Below, piece after piece: positions 1 to 9,225 of a stretch of DNA of 64,000 nucleotides (position 1 is the stretch's first letter; the number at the start of each line of letters is the position of its first letter). The position numbers were made by a program, and so were the translations under genes. The notes under the pieces are model-generated. The model was given only the letters and a program-made list of their open reading frames with translations, ran no database searches and was not told the DNA's origin. This DNA is from an uncultured Thermotogae bacterium (lineage in GTDB: Bacteria > Thermotogota > Thermotogae > MWEM01), in NCBI GenBank assembly GCA_963667315.1, contig OY763325.1, positions 1,826,380 to 1,890,379 on the forward strand. Direction: 5' to 3'.

Positions 1-1612
1 GAACGATTCTGGAATCAAGATCCTCAACAGCCTTCTCAAGGTCAGCTTTCAGCTTTCCGGATGCGATATCCATCCAGTTCATCCGCTTGTTAATTGACCA
101 TAAGCTGTCTCCCAGTTTTTTGTCAAAGACCTCCTGAACCTTATCGAGTTCAGCAGTAATACCTTCTATACTCGATGTACCTTCAGTGACCTGAAGCTTA
201 AGCGTTTCATCTATATCACCGAGTCTTTTTTCGGTTTCCGTTTTAAACTGTTTCATTTCAGCCTCCAGAGAAGCATACTTCTCATCAATTGCCTTCCCGT
301 TAGCTTGAATGTCTTCTTTGAGACTCTTGATATTGATATCTACCCATTTCAGTCTCATATTCAAAGAAACCTTCGTCTCTTCAATCTGAGTTTCTACTTC
401 TTTAAGAACAGATACGCCATTTTCTTCTACAAGTGCCTGTGTTTCATTTTTATTTGCCTCAACGGCAGTTTTTATTTCGTTGATCTTCGAATCAAGTCTA
501 TCATTTTCTTTTTCTATTATCGTAATCTTTTCATTAAACGTTTCTTCAAGGCTGTTCAAAGCACTTTCAAGGTTTTCCAAAGCGTTCGAAGAACCCTTGA
601 TATCAGTCTGAACCAAACCGAGCTGATTTTTCAACTTGCTGATCAATTCCACAACGGATGCCGATACGACGCGATTATCCTGAACCATCATCTTCAGGGA
701 AGCGATATCCGCTTCGACGATTGAAAGTGAATTATCGAAAGTTTCAGAAGTCTGAACTTCCTCTTTTGCCAATTCAGCCTTCAACTCAACAACGGCAGTC
801 TCAAGTTCAAAAATTCTGTCCTCAACCGAATTGAGTGCGTCATAACTCGATTGAACATTATCCTTCACAGCTGCTATTTCATTTTCAAGATTGGTTATCC
901 CCTCTGAATTGGAAGCGATATCCTGTGTAGTGGTATCTTTCTCCGTTTTTTCCAGCGCGGCTATTTCAGCCTTCAGCTCTGAAGAAAGTGTTTCCAATGC
1001 CTGCGTGTATTCCGTCTTTAACTGTTGAGCGAACGTCTCGATTTCCTCGACACGCTTCGTCATCTGTTCGGTCTTCGTTGAAACGAGCGACTGAACCTCC
1101 GACATTGACGTCTCAAGTTGAGTATCTTCGGTCTCATTGGTTGTAAGTCTGTTGCCGAGTAATTCAAGTTCTTTTCCGAAAGCATCAATCTTGTTCATGG
1201 ATTCTGATACTTTTACGGCGAATTCATCACCGAGCGTTTCAAGAGCCGCTTTACCGGCAAGTGTATCGAGTGTTGACTTAAACTCGTTATTATACGCCTC
1301 CAGCTCGTTTTTCAAAGCTTCTATCTTTTCGTTGATCATCTCTTCCGCTGATTTATCTTCCATCTTTTCCATGAGAAGTTTATCGTTAGAATCGAGACCC
1401 TCAACCTTGCTTTCAAGATCCTTTACCTCTTTTCCAAGCTGATCCAATCCCTGCTCCGTCTCACCGAGTCTGTCACTGTAGTCCCCCAATTTACCACTCA
1501 TGACATCCACCAATGATTCGACAGCTTTCATGTCCTCCTGGGTAGCACTCTCGGCCATCATAACCAGAGATACAGTCAATATTAGGATAGCCATTACCAT
1601 GAATTTTTTCAT
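1..1612 (-). CDS. Secreted long coiled-coil protein (3' end runs off the window; absent from ORF track)
   Basis: My translation from ATG at 1612 (upstream GGGGG RBS): MKKFMVMAILILTVSLVMAESATQEDMKAVESLVDVMSGKLGDYSDRLGETEQGLDQLGKEVKDLESKVEG... Signal peptide, then heptad-like E/K/L-rich sequence; the same frame is open at position 1 (...KLKADLEKAVEDLDSRIV). Confidence 0.8.
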   Translation of the reverse strand, partial: MKKFMVMAILILTVSLVMMAESATQEDMKAVESLVDVMSGKLGDYSDRLGETEQGLDQLGKEVKDLESKVEGLDSNDKLLMEKMEDKSAEEMINEKIEALKNELEAYNNEFKSTLDTLAGKAALETLGDEFAVKVSESMNKIDAFGKELELLGNRLTTNETEDTQLETSMSEVQSLVSTKTEQMTKRVEEIETFAQQLKTEYTQALETLSSELKAEIAALEKTEKDTTTQDIASNSEGITNLENEIAAVKDNVQSSYDALNSVEDRIFELETAVVELKAELAKEEVQTSETFDNSLSIVEADIASLKMMVQDNRVVSASVVELISKLKNQLGLVQTDIKGSSNALENLESALNSLEETFNEKITIIEKENDRLDSKINEIKTAVEANKNETQALVEENGVSVLKEVETQIEETKVSLNMRLKWVDINIKSLKEDIQANGKAIDEKYASLEAEMKQFKTETEKRLGDIDETLKLQVTEGTSSIEGITAELDKVQEVFDKKLGDSLWSINKRMNWMDIASGKLKADLEKAVEDLDSRIV

Positions 1613-1958
1613 GTTTGAAGTTCCCCCTTCCAAATTCCTTCCCTTGATATATTTGCCTTGATTATATCATTTGCACATTTAATTTGCAAACGATCAATTC
1701 TTTTTGTATTGTGTTAAAGACTTGCTTCTTTTTATTGCGGTATAAGCGTTCTTCAAATGATAAAATCCCCTCTAATACCGTAATTCTTACATTTTTAATC
1801 AGAGTCTTTTATTCATATAAACTGCTTTTTAAAGGGCTGATGTGGCATGACCGCGGTTCATTTCCTTTCTGATTTTAAAGTTTCACTTATTCTTATCTTA
1901 TATTTAATCTTTTTAGAATAATTTTAGAAATAACGGAGTAAATCATCCCGGCAAACAA

Positions 1959-1984
1959 AGGGGCAGTTCGTGAACTGCCCCTAC
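1959..1984. repeat. REP-like palindrome (GTAG/CTAC family)
   Basis: AGGGGCAGTTCGTGAACTGCCCCTAC, intergenic downstream of tyrS; related copies at 8061, 9112, 35629, 39293. Confidence 0.75.
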
Positions 1985-2055
1985 AGTGAAACTTTATGAT
2001 GATAGTTTACAATGAAATCTTTTCTTTTAAAAAGTCCTTTGAATTTTCTCCGGTA

Positions 2056-3243
2056 TTACAATTCTATTTTATAGAACCTTCTTTTTCCAATCCTCAGGAT
2101 GTCTCCTGCGTTGAGTTTAATCGCCTCAAATGGATCTTCAAACTTCACATCGTTGATCTTTACGCCGCCCTGTTTGATCAAACGCTTCGCTTCGCTTTTG
2201 CTTGGAACGCCTGAGAGTACAAGAAGGTCGGCGAGCTTGACGGTATCCGTTTCAAGTTTCAAACCGGGAATTTCCGTCGGCACATCTTTTTTCTGAAATA
2301 CCTTGACGAACTCCGCTTCCGCTTCCGTCGCCTTTTCTTCGTTGTAAAGCAGCTTGACCATTTCTCTGCCGAGCCTCATCTTACAATCCCTCGGATTCAC
2401 ACTGCCATCCGCAAGCCCTTTTTCCAGGGTATCAAGTTCGGTCTTATCGATATCTGATAACAGTCGATAGTATTTCATCATCAGCGTGTCCGGTATGGAC
2501 ATCACCTTTCCGTAAACATTCTTCGGTTCATCGGTGAAAGCGATGTAATTATCATAACTCTTACTCATCTTGAGGTTGCCGTCAGTCCCCTCAATGATGG
2601 GCATCGTGAGAACGATCTGGGATTCGAGCCCATGGTCCGTCTGAATCTTTCTGCCGACCAGGAGATTAAACAGCTGATCCGTTCCACCGATTTCCACATC
2701 GGATTGGATGGCAACACTGTCATACGCCTGAGCCAGCGGATACATGAATTCGGCAACACTGATCGGCTGATTGTCTTTGTAGCGTTTGTCAAAATCATCT
2801 CTTTCGAGCATTCTTGCAACGGTATATTTTGCGGCAAGTCTGATAACATCCTCAAAGTTCATCTTATCAAGCCATTCACCGTTGTATCGCACTTCAGTCT
2901 TTTCCCTGTCAAGAATCGTGAAAACCTGCTCCTGATAGGATATGGCATTTTCTTTAACCGCTTCCATTGTCAGCATCGGTCTCGTTGCCGATCTTCCGGA
3001 AGGGTCTCCGATCCTTGCCGTAAAGTCACCGATGATAAGAACGACCTGATGACCAAGATCCTGAAATTCCTTCAATTTTTTCAGAACAACCGCATGTCCC
3101 AGATGAAGATCCGGTCTTGAAGGATCTACCCCCAGCTTAATTCTAAGGGGTCTTCCCTTTTTCAGTTTCTCTATGAGCTCAGCCTCTGACACAAGGTCAA
3201 AGGTGTTGTTTTTGATTATTTCAACTTGTTTTTTTAAATCCAT
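2056..3243 (-). CDS. tyrS: Tyrosine--tRNA ligase
   Basis: PDLHLGH (HIGH) and KMSKS motifs, GGTDQLFN, C-terminal S4-like domain (SKSEAKRLIKQGGVKIND). Confidence 0.97.
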   Translation of the reverse strand: MDLKKQVEIIKNNTFDLVSEAELIEKLKKGRPLRIKLGVDPSRPDLHLGHAVVLKKLKEFQDLGHQVVLIIGDFTARIGDPSGRSATRPMLTMEAVKENAISYQEQVFTILDREKTEVRYNGEWLDKMNFEDVIRLAAKYTVARMLERDDFDKRYKDNQPISVAEFMYPLAQAYDSVAIQSDVEIGGTDQLFNLLVGRKIQTDHGLESQIVLTMPIIEGTDGNLKMSKSYDNYIAFTDEPKNVYGKVMSIPDTLMMKYYRLLSDIDKTELDTLEKGLADGSVNPRDCKMRLGREMVKLLYNEEKATEAEAEFVKVFQKKDVPTEIPGLKLETDTVKLADLLVLSGVPSKSEAKRLIKQGGVKINDVKFEDPFEAIKLNAGDILRIGKRRFYKIEL

Positions 3244-3259
3244 AATACCGATTCCGTAA

Positions 3260-3499
3260 TTACAGGGACATTACGTATGACGTCACGAAACTCATAACCA
3301 TGAAGCCGATTGCGAGGTAAAGCGTAACCTTGCTGAGTCCGGAGAGACCCTTCTCTCTTCCGAAAACTGCGTTTGAACCGCCCGCTCCGAATGCTCCTCC
3401 AAGTGATGAATGTTTTGCCATGCTCATTGTAACGGTTACAACGAGTCCAAGTGCAACTGCGGCGTGCAGTATGTAAACCAATGCTTTAATAACTTCCAC
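3260..3499 (-). CDS. secG: Preprotein translocase subunit SecG
   Basis: 79 aa, two TM segments flanking SSLGGAFGAGGSNAVFG; GTG start after GGAGG. Confidence 0.9.
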   Translation of the reverse strand: MEVIKALVYILHAAVALGLVVTVTMSMAKHSSLGGAFGAGGSNAVFGREKGLSGLSKVTLYLAIGFMVMSFVTSYVMSL

Positions 3500-3592
3500 T
3501 GTAATTCCTCCCTTAATAAATAATACCGAGGTGTATTATACATGATCAACTGTGTTAAAATCAAGGGTAAAATTAAATGGGAGGTCTCTGCT

Positions 3593-4915
3593 ATGAACAC
3601 GCTCGGTATAGTCGTCGAATACAATCCATTTCACAACGGTCATCTCTTTCACCTGAATCATTCAATCAAAAAGGTGAATGCCTCTCATACCATTGCGGCG
3701 ATGAGTGGCGACTTTGTTCAGAGAGGCACACCCGCTTTTACGGACAAATGGGTCAGAACAAAAATGGCTTTGGATTCAGGCATCAATCTCGTCATCGAAT
3801 TACCCACGCTATTCGCCATACAAGATGCCGGCGGGTTTGCCACCGGCGCGGTAAAATTACTGGAAAGAACCGGTGTTTGTAAGAATCTTGTCTTCGGGAG
3901 TGAATCAAACGATATTGACTCTCTGAAGTTTCTCGCCAAGATGATGGTTGAAAATGAATATACCCTCTCCGAAATGGAGGAAAAATATGTCAAAAAGGGT
4001 TTTTCACATCCAAATGCCCGGAAATATGCCCTCAAAGACTTCTTATATAATATGAGTATGGATGATGACAAAAGAGAACAGATCATCGAAATCCTCGCCC
4101 GATCCAACGATATCCTCGGTATCGAATACCTGAAAGCCTTAAAGATCATCCGTTCTGAAATTGAACCGAACTGTATCCCAAGAACGGGAAGTGCCTACAA
4201 TGACAATAAAATAGCCGTCAATTTTTCCAGCGCAACGGCTATCAGAAAGGCGTTTCAAATGAAGAAAACCACGGGGATTAAAGAGAATGTACCGCTTCAT
4301 GTATGGGAGACCCTCGAAACCCTCGAAGAAAAGCTGAAACTCCCGAACCTTGAACAATACGAAATTACCCTGTTGAATAAAATCCGGGCTCTGACCCGCG
4401 ACCATCTCAAAAAATTCTACGGATTCACAGAAGGACTGGACCTTCGTTTCCTGAAGGCGGCCCTCTTATCGAGAAACCTTGAAGAATTACTGCAAAAAGT
4501 AAAATCAAAACGATTTACCTACACCAGACTGCAAAGGCTGCTGCTGTATTTTCTGTTTGAGATCACAAAACAGGATATTTCAGAAAGTGAAGAATTCGGA
4601 CCCCAGTACATCCGTGTTCTCGGATTCGACGAAAAAGGAAGGGAGGTCCTCTCCGAGATGCGTGACAGGGCAACGATACCGATCATCTCAACCCCCTCAA
4701 TCTACAATAAGGCCTATTCCAAATACGAAAAGCGCTTTGACAATCCAGAAAGGGATGCATTCGGAAAGAAACCCTATTTTTCAACCTATGAGATGTTTAA
4801 AAAACAGATTCAATTTGACTTTCGTTGTGCAGATTACTACACAACCCTTCAATGCGGGTACTTACCGGATCGAATGATGGATATCAAACAAAGGCCTTTG
4901 ATGGCGAAGTCTTAA
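3593..4915 (+). CDS. tmcAL: tRNA(Met) cytidine acetate ligase / HIGH-family nucleotidyltransferase (UPF0348)
   Basis: GIVVEYNPFHNGHLFHL, MSGDFVQRGTP, SNDILGIEYL, SSATAIR; start placed at ATG 3593 after GGGAGG. Confidence 0.88.
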   Translation: MNTLGIVVEYNPFHNGHLFHLNHSIKKVNASHTIAAMSGDFVQRGTPAFTDKWVRTKMALDSGINLVIELPTLFAIQDAGGFATGAVKLLERTGVCKNLVFGSESNDIDSLKFLAKMMVENEYTLSEMEEKYVKKGFSHPNARKYALKDFLYNMSMDDDKREQIIEILARSNDILGIEYLKALKIIRSEIEPNCIPRTGSAYNDNKIAVNFSSATAIRKAFQMKKTTGIKENVPLHVWETLETLEEKLKLPNLEQYEITLLNKIRALTRDHLKKFYGFTEGLDLRFLKAALLSRNLEELLQKVKSKRFTYTRLQRLLLYFLFEITKQDISESEEFGPQYIRVLGFDEKGREVLSEMRDRATIPIISTPSIYNKAYSKYEKRFDNPERDAFGKKPYFSTYEMFKKQIQFDFRCADYYTTLQCGYLPDRMMDIKQRPLMAKS

Positions 4916-5075
4916 GGTATTTTAATTCCTATATTAAGCGATAATAAATAATTATTTCACTCTTTCTCCTTTTTATGGTACAATCTCCTCAAGCAGGGGG
5001 ATGCTTGTTGACTTCACAAATTACAATCAGCTATTTATTCAATCAAATTCACAGATACCTCACATATAATTAACG

Positions 5076-5103
5076 TTGACCTTAAAGTAAGTTATGCTAT
5101 AAT
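5076..5103 (+). promoter_or_regulatory. Sigma-70/A promoter of the peptide ABC operon
   Basis: TTGACC-16 nt-TATAAT with extended -10 TG (TGCTATAAT). Confidence 0.6.
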
Positions 5104-5202
5104 ACGAGAAAGATGAAACTTTGTAATGAAAATGTTTGTATTAAAATTTCATAACGGTATTGATTATTTTCTCCATATCTTATTTTCTTAAGGAGGCAAT
5201 TT

Positions 5203-6135
5203 ATGTCTAAGAAAAAGAATTATTGGGTCAGCAGAATAATTCGAACGATCATTACAGCCTTTGGGGTAACCCTCATTGCCTTTCTGATCCTTCACCTGAG
5301 CAAAGGGGATCCCGTCAGGATCATGCTGGGACCCTATGCCAGTGAAGAGAACATTGCCGCTCTCAGAGCCAAGTACAAACTTGACGAACCCCTTCACATT
5401 CAATATCTTTCGTGGATAGGAAATGTCTTTAAGGGGGATCTCGGCACATCCATCCGCTACAACCGTTCAGTCAACGAACTCATAGCGGAAAGAATCGGTC
5501 CGACACTCATATTAACGGGCGGCGGACTTGTCATCGCAGTCGGTTTCGGTATCCTGCTGGGAATCAGTGCCGCATTGCGGCGAAACTCCTTCATGGATTA
5601 CTTTTCGACCTTTCAGGCGATGTTCTGGCTTTCCATCCCGACTTTCTGGCTGGGTATTCTGCTGCTGTACATCTTCGGATTACAGTTGAGATGGCTTCCG
5701 ATTGCAGGCATGACAGGATTTGCCTCCATCATCCTTCCGGTTCTGACGATCGGTCTGCAGCAGGAGGCGTGGTTTGCCCGTCCGATGCGCGCAGAGATGC
5801 TGGAAGTCCTGAATCAGGATTATATCAAGGCGGCAAAGGCAAAAGGCTTAAAATATTCCGTCGTTGTCTGGAAACATGCCCTCAGGAACGCCCTGATCCC
5901 CATCATCACCATGCTGGCACTCAGATTGCCCTGGATTATCGGAGGATCAGTCGTCGTTGAAGTGGTCTTTTCATGGGGCGGTATGGGCTCATTGCTGGTC
6001 AACAGCGTACTGGCAAGAGACTTTCCCGTCGTACAGGCCATATTGCTGATCATAGCCGCAGCTGTTGTCATCGCAAACCTGCTGGCGGATATCGTCTATT
6101 CGGTCGTCGATCCAAGAATAAGGACAGCGGGGTGA
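5203..6135 (+). CDS. Peptide/nickel ABC permease, OppB/DppB family
   Basis: GDPVRIMLG, GDLGTS, EAA-like loop MLEVLNQDYIKAAKAKGL, HALRNALIP, DPRIR end. Confidence 0.93.
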   Translation: MSKKKNYWVSRIIRTIITAFGVTLIAFLILHLSKGDPVRIMLGPYASEENIAALRAKYKLDEPLHIQYLSWIGNVFKGDLGTSIRYNRSVNELIAERIGPTLILTGGGLVIAVGFGILLGISAALRRNSFMDYFSTFQAMFWLSIPTFWLGILLLYIFGLQLRWLPIAGMTGFASIILPVLTIGLQQEAWFARPMRAEMLEVLNQDYIKAAKAKGLKYSVVVWKHALRNALIPIITMLALRLPWIIGGSVVVEVVFSWGGMGSLLVNSVLARDFPVVQAILLIIAAAVVIANLLADIVYSVVDPRIRTAG

Positions 6136-6140
6136 GGGGT

Positions 6141-7058
6141 ATGCAGAATAATCAGAATTCAGAACTCAGTTATGAACAGATAAAGAAGGATATCAGCAAT
6201 TTGAAACGAAAGAAATCTTCGCAGATGTCACTCGTCTGGTCACGATTTAAAAAGAACCGCCTGGCGTTAATCGGCTTCATCATCGTCGCGCTCGTTCTTT
6301 TCATCGCTTTTTTTGCAGATTTCCTGACACCGTACGATCCCCTTGAAACCGATCCGTTCAACCGCCTCAAAGGGCCGTCATCCGAACACTGGCTCGGGAC
6401 GGACGAGCTGGGCAGAGATGTTTTAACGAGATTGTTCCACGGTTCGAGGATTGCATTGGAGATCGGCGTCCTCATTATCCTGTTTGAAGGTGTCATCGGC
6501 ATCTTTCTCGGTGTCATATCAGGTTATTTCGGCGGCTGGATAGATGCCGTCATCATGCGAATCGTGGATATTCTCCGTTCTTTCCCGGTCATCATCCTTG
6601 CCATGGCAATTGCCGGAATCATGGGACAGGGGGTCTGGAATGTTGTCATTGCCCTGGGGATTGTCGGCTGGACAACCTATACTCGAATGGTTCGTTCAAA
6701 GATTCTGACCATTAAAGAAGCGGATTATGTAGAAGCCGCCTATTCAATCGGAGAATCCACCTTTTCCGTCATCATGAAATATGTCCTGCCAAACGCCATC
6801 CCGACGGCAATCATCATGGTCTGTATCATGATGCCAACTGCGTTGATCGCCAGTGCCACATTGAGCTTTCTCGGGGTTGGGGTTCAGCCGCCTACACCGG
6901 CATGGGGAGCGATGATTGCGGCCGGAAGGGCGTATCTGCTCAGGGCACCGTGGATTTCAACATCGGCCGGACTTGCCATCATGGTAACCGTACTCGGCTT
7001 TAACTTCATCGGCGACGGCCTCAGAGATGCGCTCGATCCAACCACAAAGAGAAATTGA
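6141..7058 (+). CDS. Peptide/nickel ABC permease, OppC/DppC family
   Basis: HWLGTDELGRDVLTRL, EAAYSIG, LSFLGVGVQPP, GDGLRDALDP; start at ATG 6141 after GAGGGG. Confidence 0.93.
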   Translation: MQNNQNSELSYEQIKKDISNLKRKKSSQMSLVWSRFKKNRLALIGFIIVALVLFIAFFADFLTPYDPLETDPFNRLKGPSSEHWLGTDELGRDVLTRLFHGSRIALEIGVLIILFEGVIGIFLGVISGYFGGWIDAVIMRIVDILRSFPVIILAMAIAGIMGQGVWNVVIALGIVGWTTYTRMVRSKILTIKEADYVEAAYSIGESTFSVIMKYVLPNAIPTAIIMVCIMMPTALIASATLSFLGVGVQPPTPAWGAMIAAGRAYLLRAPWISTSAGLAIMVTVLGFNFIGDGLRDALDPTTKRN

Positions 7059-7068
7059 GGGGTGTGAC

Positions 7069-8049
7069 ATGGCAAATTTGATAGAAATAGATAAATTAAA
7101 ACTTTCATTCGATACCGAAGAGGGAAAGGTAGAAGCGCTTGACGGTATCACCCTCGGTATCAGAGAGGGAACATTTCACGGTCTCATCGGTGAAACCGGC
7201 TGCGGAAAATCCATCACCGGAAAATCCATCATGGGATTACTGGATTCAAATGCATTGATAGAAAACGGGCAGATTCATTATAAGGGAAAGGATCTTCTGA
7301 AACTCAGCGAAAAAGAATTTCAGAAGGATATCAGGGGAAATGAGATCGCCATGATCTTTCAGGATCCGTCATCCTCGTTGAATCCCGTTTTTACCATAGA
7401 AAACCAGATCAGGGAAGTCGTCAGGATGTACGACAAGGCGAGTAAAGCCGAGTACAGAGATGTCGTCATCAACCATCTGAAAGATGTCAAACTCCCGGAT
7501 CCCGAAACACTCCTGTTCAAATATCCACATCAACTCTCCGGCGGGATGAAACAACGCGTCATGATCGCCATGATGCTGGCGTGTAAACCGTCATTGCTCA
7601 TCGCTGATGAACCAACCACGGCGCTTGACGTTTCAATACAGGCACAATTTCTGAAAGTGCTGAGAGCCTTGAAAGAGGCCTTCAGGATGACCGTTCTTTA
7701 TATCACACATAACCTTGCCGTTGTCAGTGAAATCTGTGATGATGTTTCGGTCATGTATGCGGGAAGAATCGTCGAAACCGCTCCCGTCAGAAGGCTGTTT
7801 AAAAACCCTCAGCATCCCTACACTCATAAACTGATTCACTCCGTTCTCGGTGTGGAGAATTCTCTCGACGATCTTGAAGAGATTCCGGGAAGTGTTCCCA
7901 AGCTGATCAACCCGCCGAAAGGGTGCCGATTCCACCCGAGATGTGAGAAGAAGCTGGCCGTCTGCGACAAGGAAATTCCTGAAACAATACAGATTGAAGA
8001 AGGTCACAGCGTTGCCTGTCATTTGTATACAGGCGGGGGAAGGAAATGA
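7069..8049 (+). CDS. Peptide ABC ATP-binding protein, OppD/DppD family
   Basis: Walker A GETGCGKS, LSGGMKQR, ADEPTTALD, C-terminal oligo_HPY with GCRFHPRC. Confidence 0.93.
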   Translation: MANLIEIDKLKLSFDTEEGKVEALDGITLGIREGTFHGLIGETGCGKSITGKSIMGLLDSNALIENGQIHYKGKDLLKLSEKEFQKDIRGNEIAMIFQDPSSSLNPVFTIENQIREVVRMYDKASKAEYRDVVINHLKDVKLPDPETLLFKYPHQLSGGMKQRVMIAMMLACKPSLLIADEPTTALDVSIQAQFLKVLRALKEAFRMTVLYITHNLAVVSEICDDVSVMYAGRIVETAPVRRLFKNPQHPYTHKLIHSVLGVENSLDDLEEIPGSVPKLINPPKGCRFHPRCEKKLAVCDKEIPETIQIEEGHSVACHLYTGGGRK

Positions 8050-8060
8050 TAAGCGTTACA

Positions 8061-8084
8061 AGGGTGATTCGTGAATTGCCCGCT
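8061..8084. repeat. Degenerate REP-like palindrome
   Basis: AGGGTGATTCGTGAATTGCCCGCTA between oppD-like and oppF-like genes. Confidence 0.55.
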
Positions 8085-8121
8085 ATATTCATCCACATTG
8101 GAATCAAAGCAGGTGAAAGTC

Positions 8122-9096
8122 ATGCGTAAAAACAAAGAAAAAATCATCGAGATAAAAAATCTGAAAAAACATTTCGACACCCAGTACGGTGCCGTAAAGG
8201 CCGTCGATGACATCACCTTCGACATCTACAAAGGTGAGACATTCGGACTGGTGGGAGAATCGGGATGCGGAAAGTCAACATTGATCCGGACAATACTCAG
8301 ACTGCTGAGCCCCACGTCCGGCGAAATCTGGTTCAACGGCCGGGATATCGCAAAACTCCATAAAAAAAGTGACCTCAAACCGCTGCGAAAAGAGATGAGT
8401 CTTGTCTTTCAGAACCCCCATTCCTCACTTAACCCGAGAATGACGGTTTACGACACACTGTCAAGACCGTTCAAGATTCACAACATCACTCATTCAAAAG
8501 AGGAGACCACCGTCGAAATCGTCAAGGTCCTCAAGACGATGGGCCTTCAGGCAGAACATATGATTCGTTTCCCCCACGAACTGAGTGGCGGACAGAAACA
8601 GAGAATAGCTGTCGCCAGAGCCCTTGCGGTCGAACCGGACGTCATCTTCCTGGACGAACCCACCTCCGCTTTGGACGTTTCCGTTCAGACGAAGATCCTC
8701 AAACTGCTGAACGCGACGAAGAAAGAACGAAATCTGACCTATTTCTATATCTCGCATGACATCAACCTCATCCGTGTCGTATCCGACAGGATTGCCGTCA
8801 TGTACCTGGGTAAGCTCGTTGAAATGGGAGATGCGGATGAAATTTTCAAAGATCCGAAACACCCGTATACCGTGGGGTTGTTTAAATCGGTGCCTGAACC
8901 GGATCCCGACAAACATATCGGAGAGATGTCGCTTCAGGGAGAAGTTCCCAGTCCGGTCAACCCGCCGGAAGGGTGTAATTTCAACCCGAGATGTCCACAC
9001 GCTTTTGACCGGTGTTTCAAAGAAGAACCCGAATTGAAGGAAATGGCAGACGGCAGAAGCGTTGCCTGTCATTTGTATACAGGCGGGGGGAAGTAA
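8122..9096 (+). CDS. Peptide ABC ATP-binding protein, OppF/DppF family
   Basis: GESGCGKS, LSGGQKQR, LDEPTSALD, HPYT, GCNFNPRC; start at ATG 8122 after AGGTG. Confidence 0.93.
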   Translation: MRKNKEKIIEIKNLKKHFDTQYGAVKAVDDITFDIYKGETFGLVGESGCGKSTLIRTILRLLSPTSGEIWFNGRDIAKLHKKSDLKPLRKEMSLVFQNPHSSLNPRMTVYDTLSRPFKIHNITHSKEETTVEIVKVLKTMGLQAEHMIRFPHELSGGQKQRIAVARALAVEPDVIFLDEPTSALDVSVQTKILKLLNATKKERNLTYFYISHDINLIRVVSDRIAVMYLGKLVEMGDADEIFKDPKHPYTVGLFKSVPEPDPDKHIGEMSLQGEVPSPVNPPEGCNFNPRCPHAFDRCFKEEPELKEMADGRSVACHLYTGGGK

Positions 9097-9111
9097 ATGA
9101 CAGGTGTTGAA

Positions 9112-9136
9112 AGGGTGATTCGTGAATTGCCCCTAC
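9112..9136. repeat. REP-like palindrome
   Basis: AGGGTGATTCGTGAATTGCCCCTAC. Confidence 0.65.
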
Positions 9137-9225
9137 AAGATGAGGTCATAATTTTCAATTCAAATTCTATAAGTTGCTCGCCCATGTCCAACTTATAAAA
9201 TAAAAAACTATCAGGAGGGATTTTT

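Noticed and set aside
305-1442. ORFs 305..724 and 1137..1442 (+)
   Set aside because: Antisense shadows of the long minus-strand coiled-coil gene; no RBS or recognisable motifs.
3300-3540. Possible T-box leader for tyrS (asnS upstream region also checked)
   Set aside because: tyrS lies directly behind secG, and no T-box consensus (AGGGTGGNACCGCG-like) was seen upstream of either synthetase.
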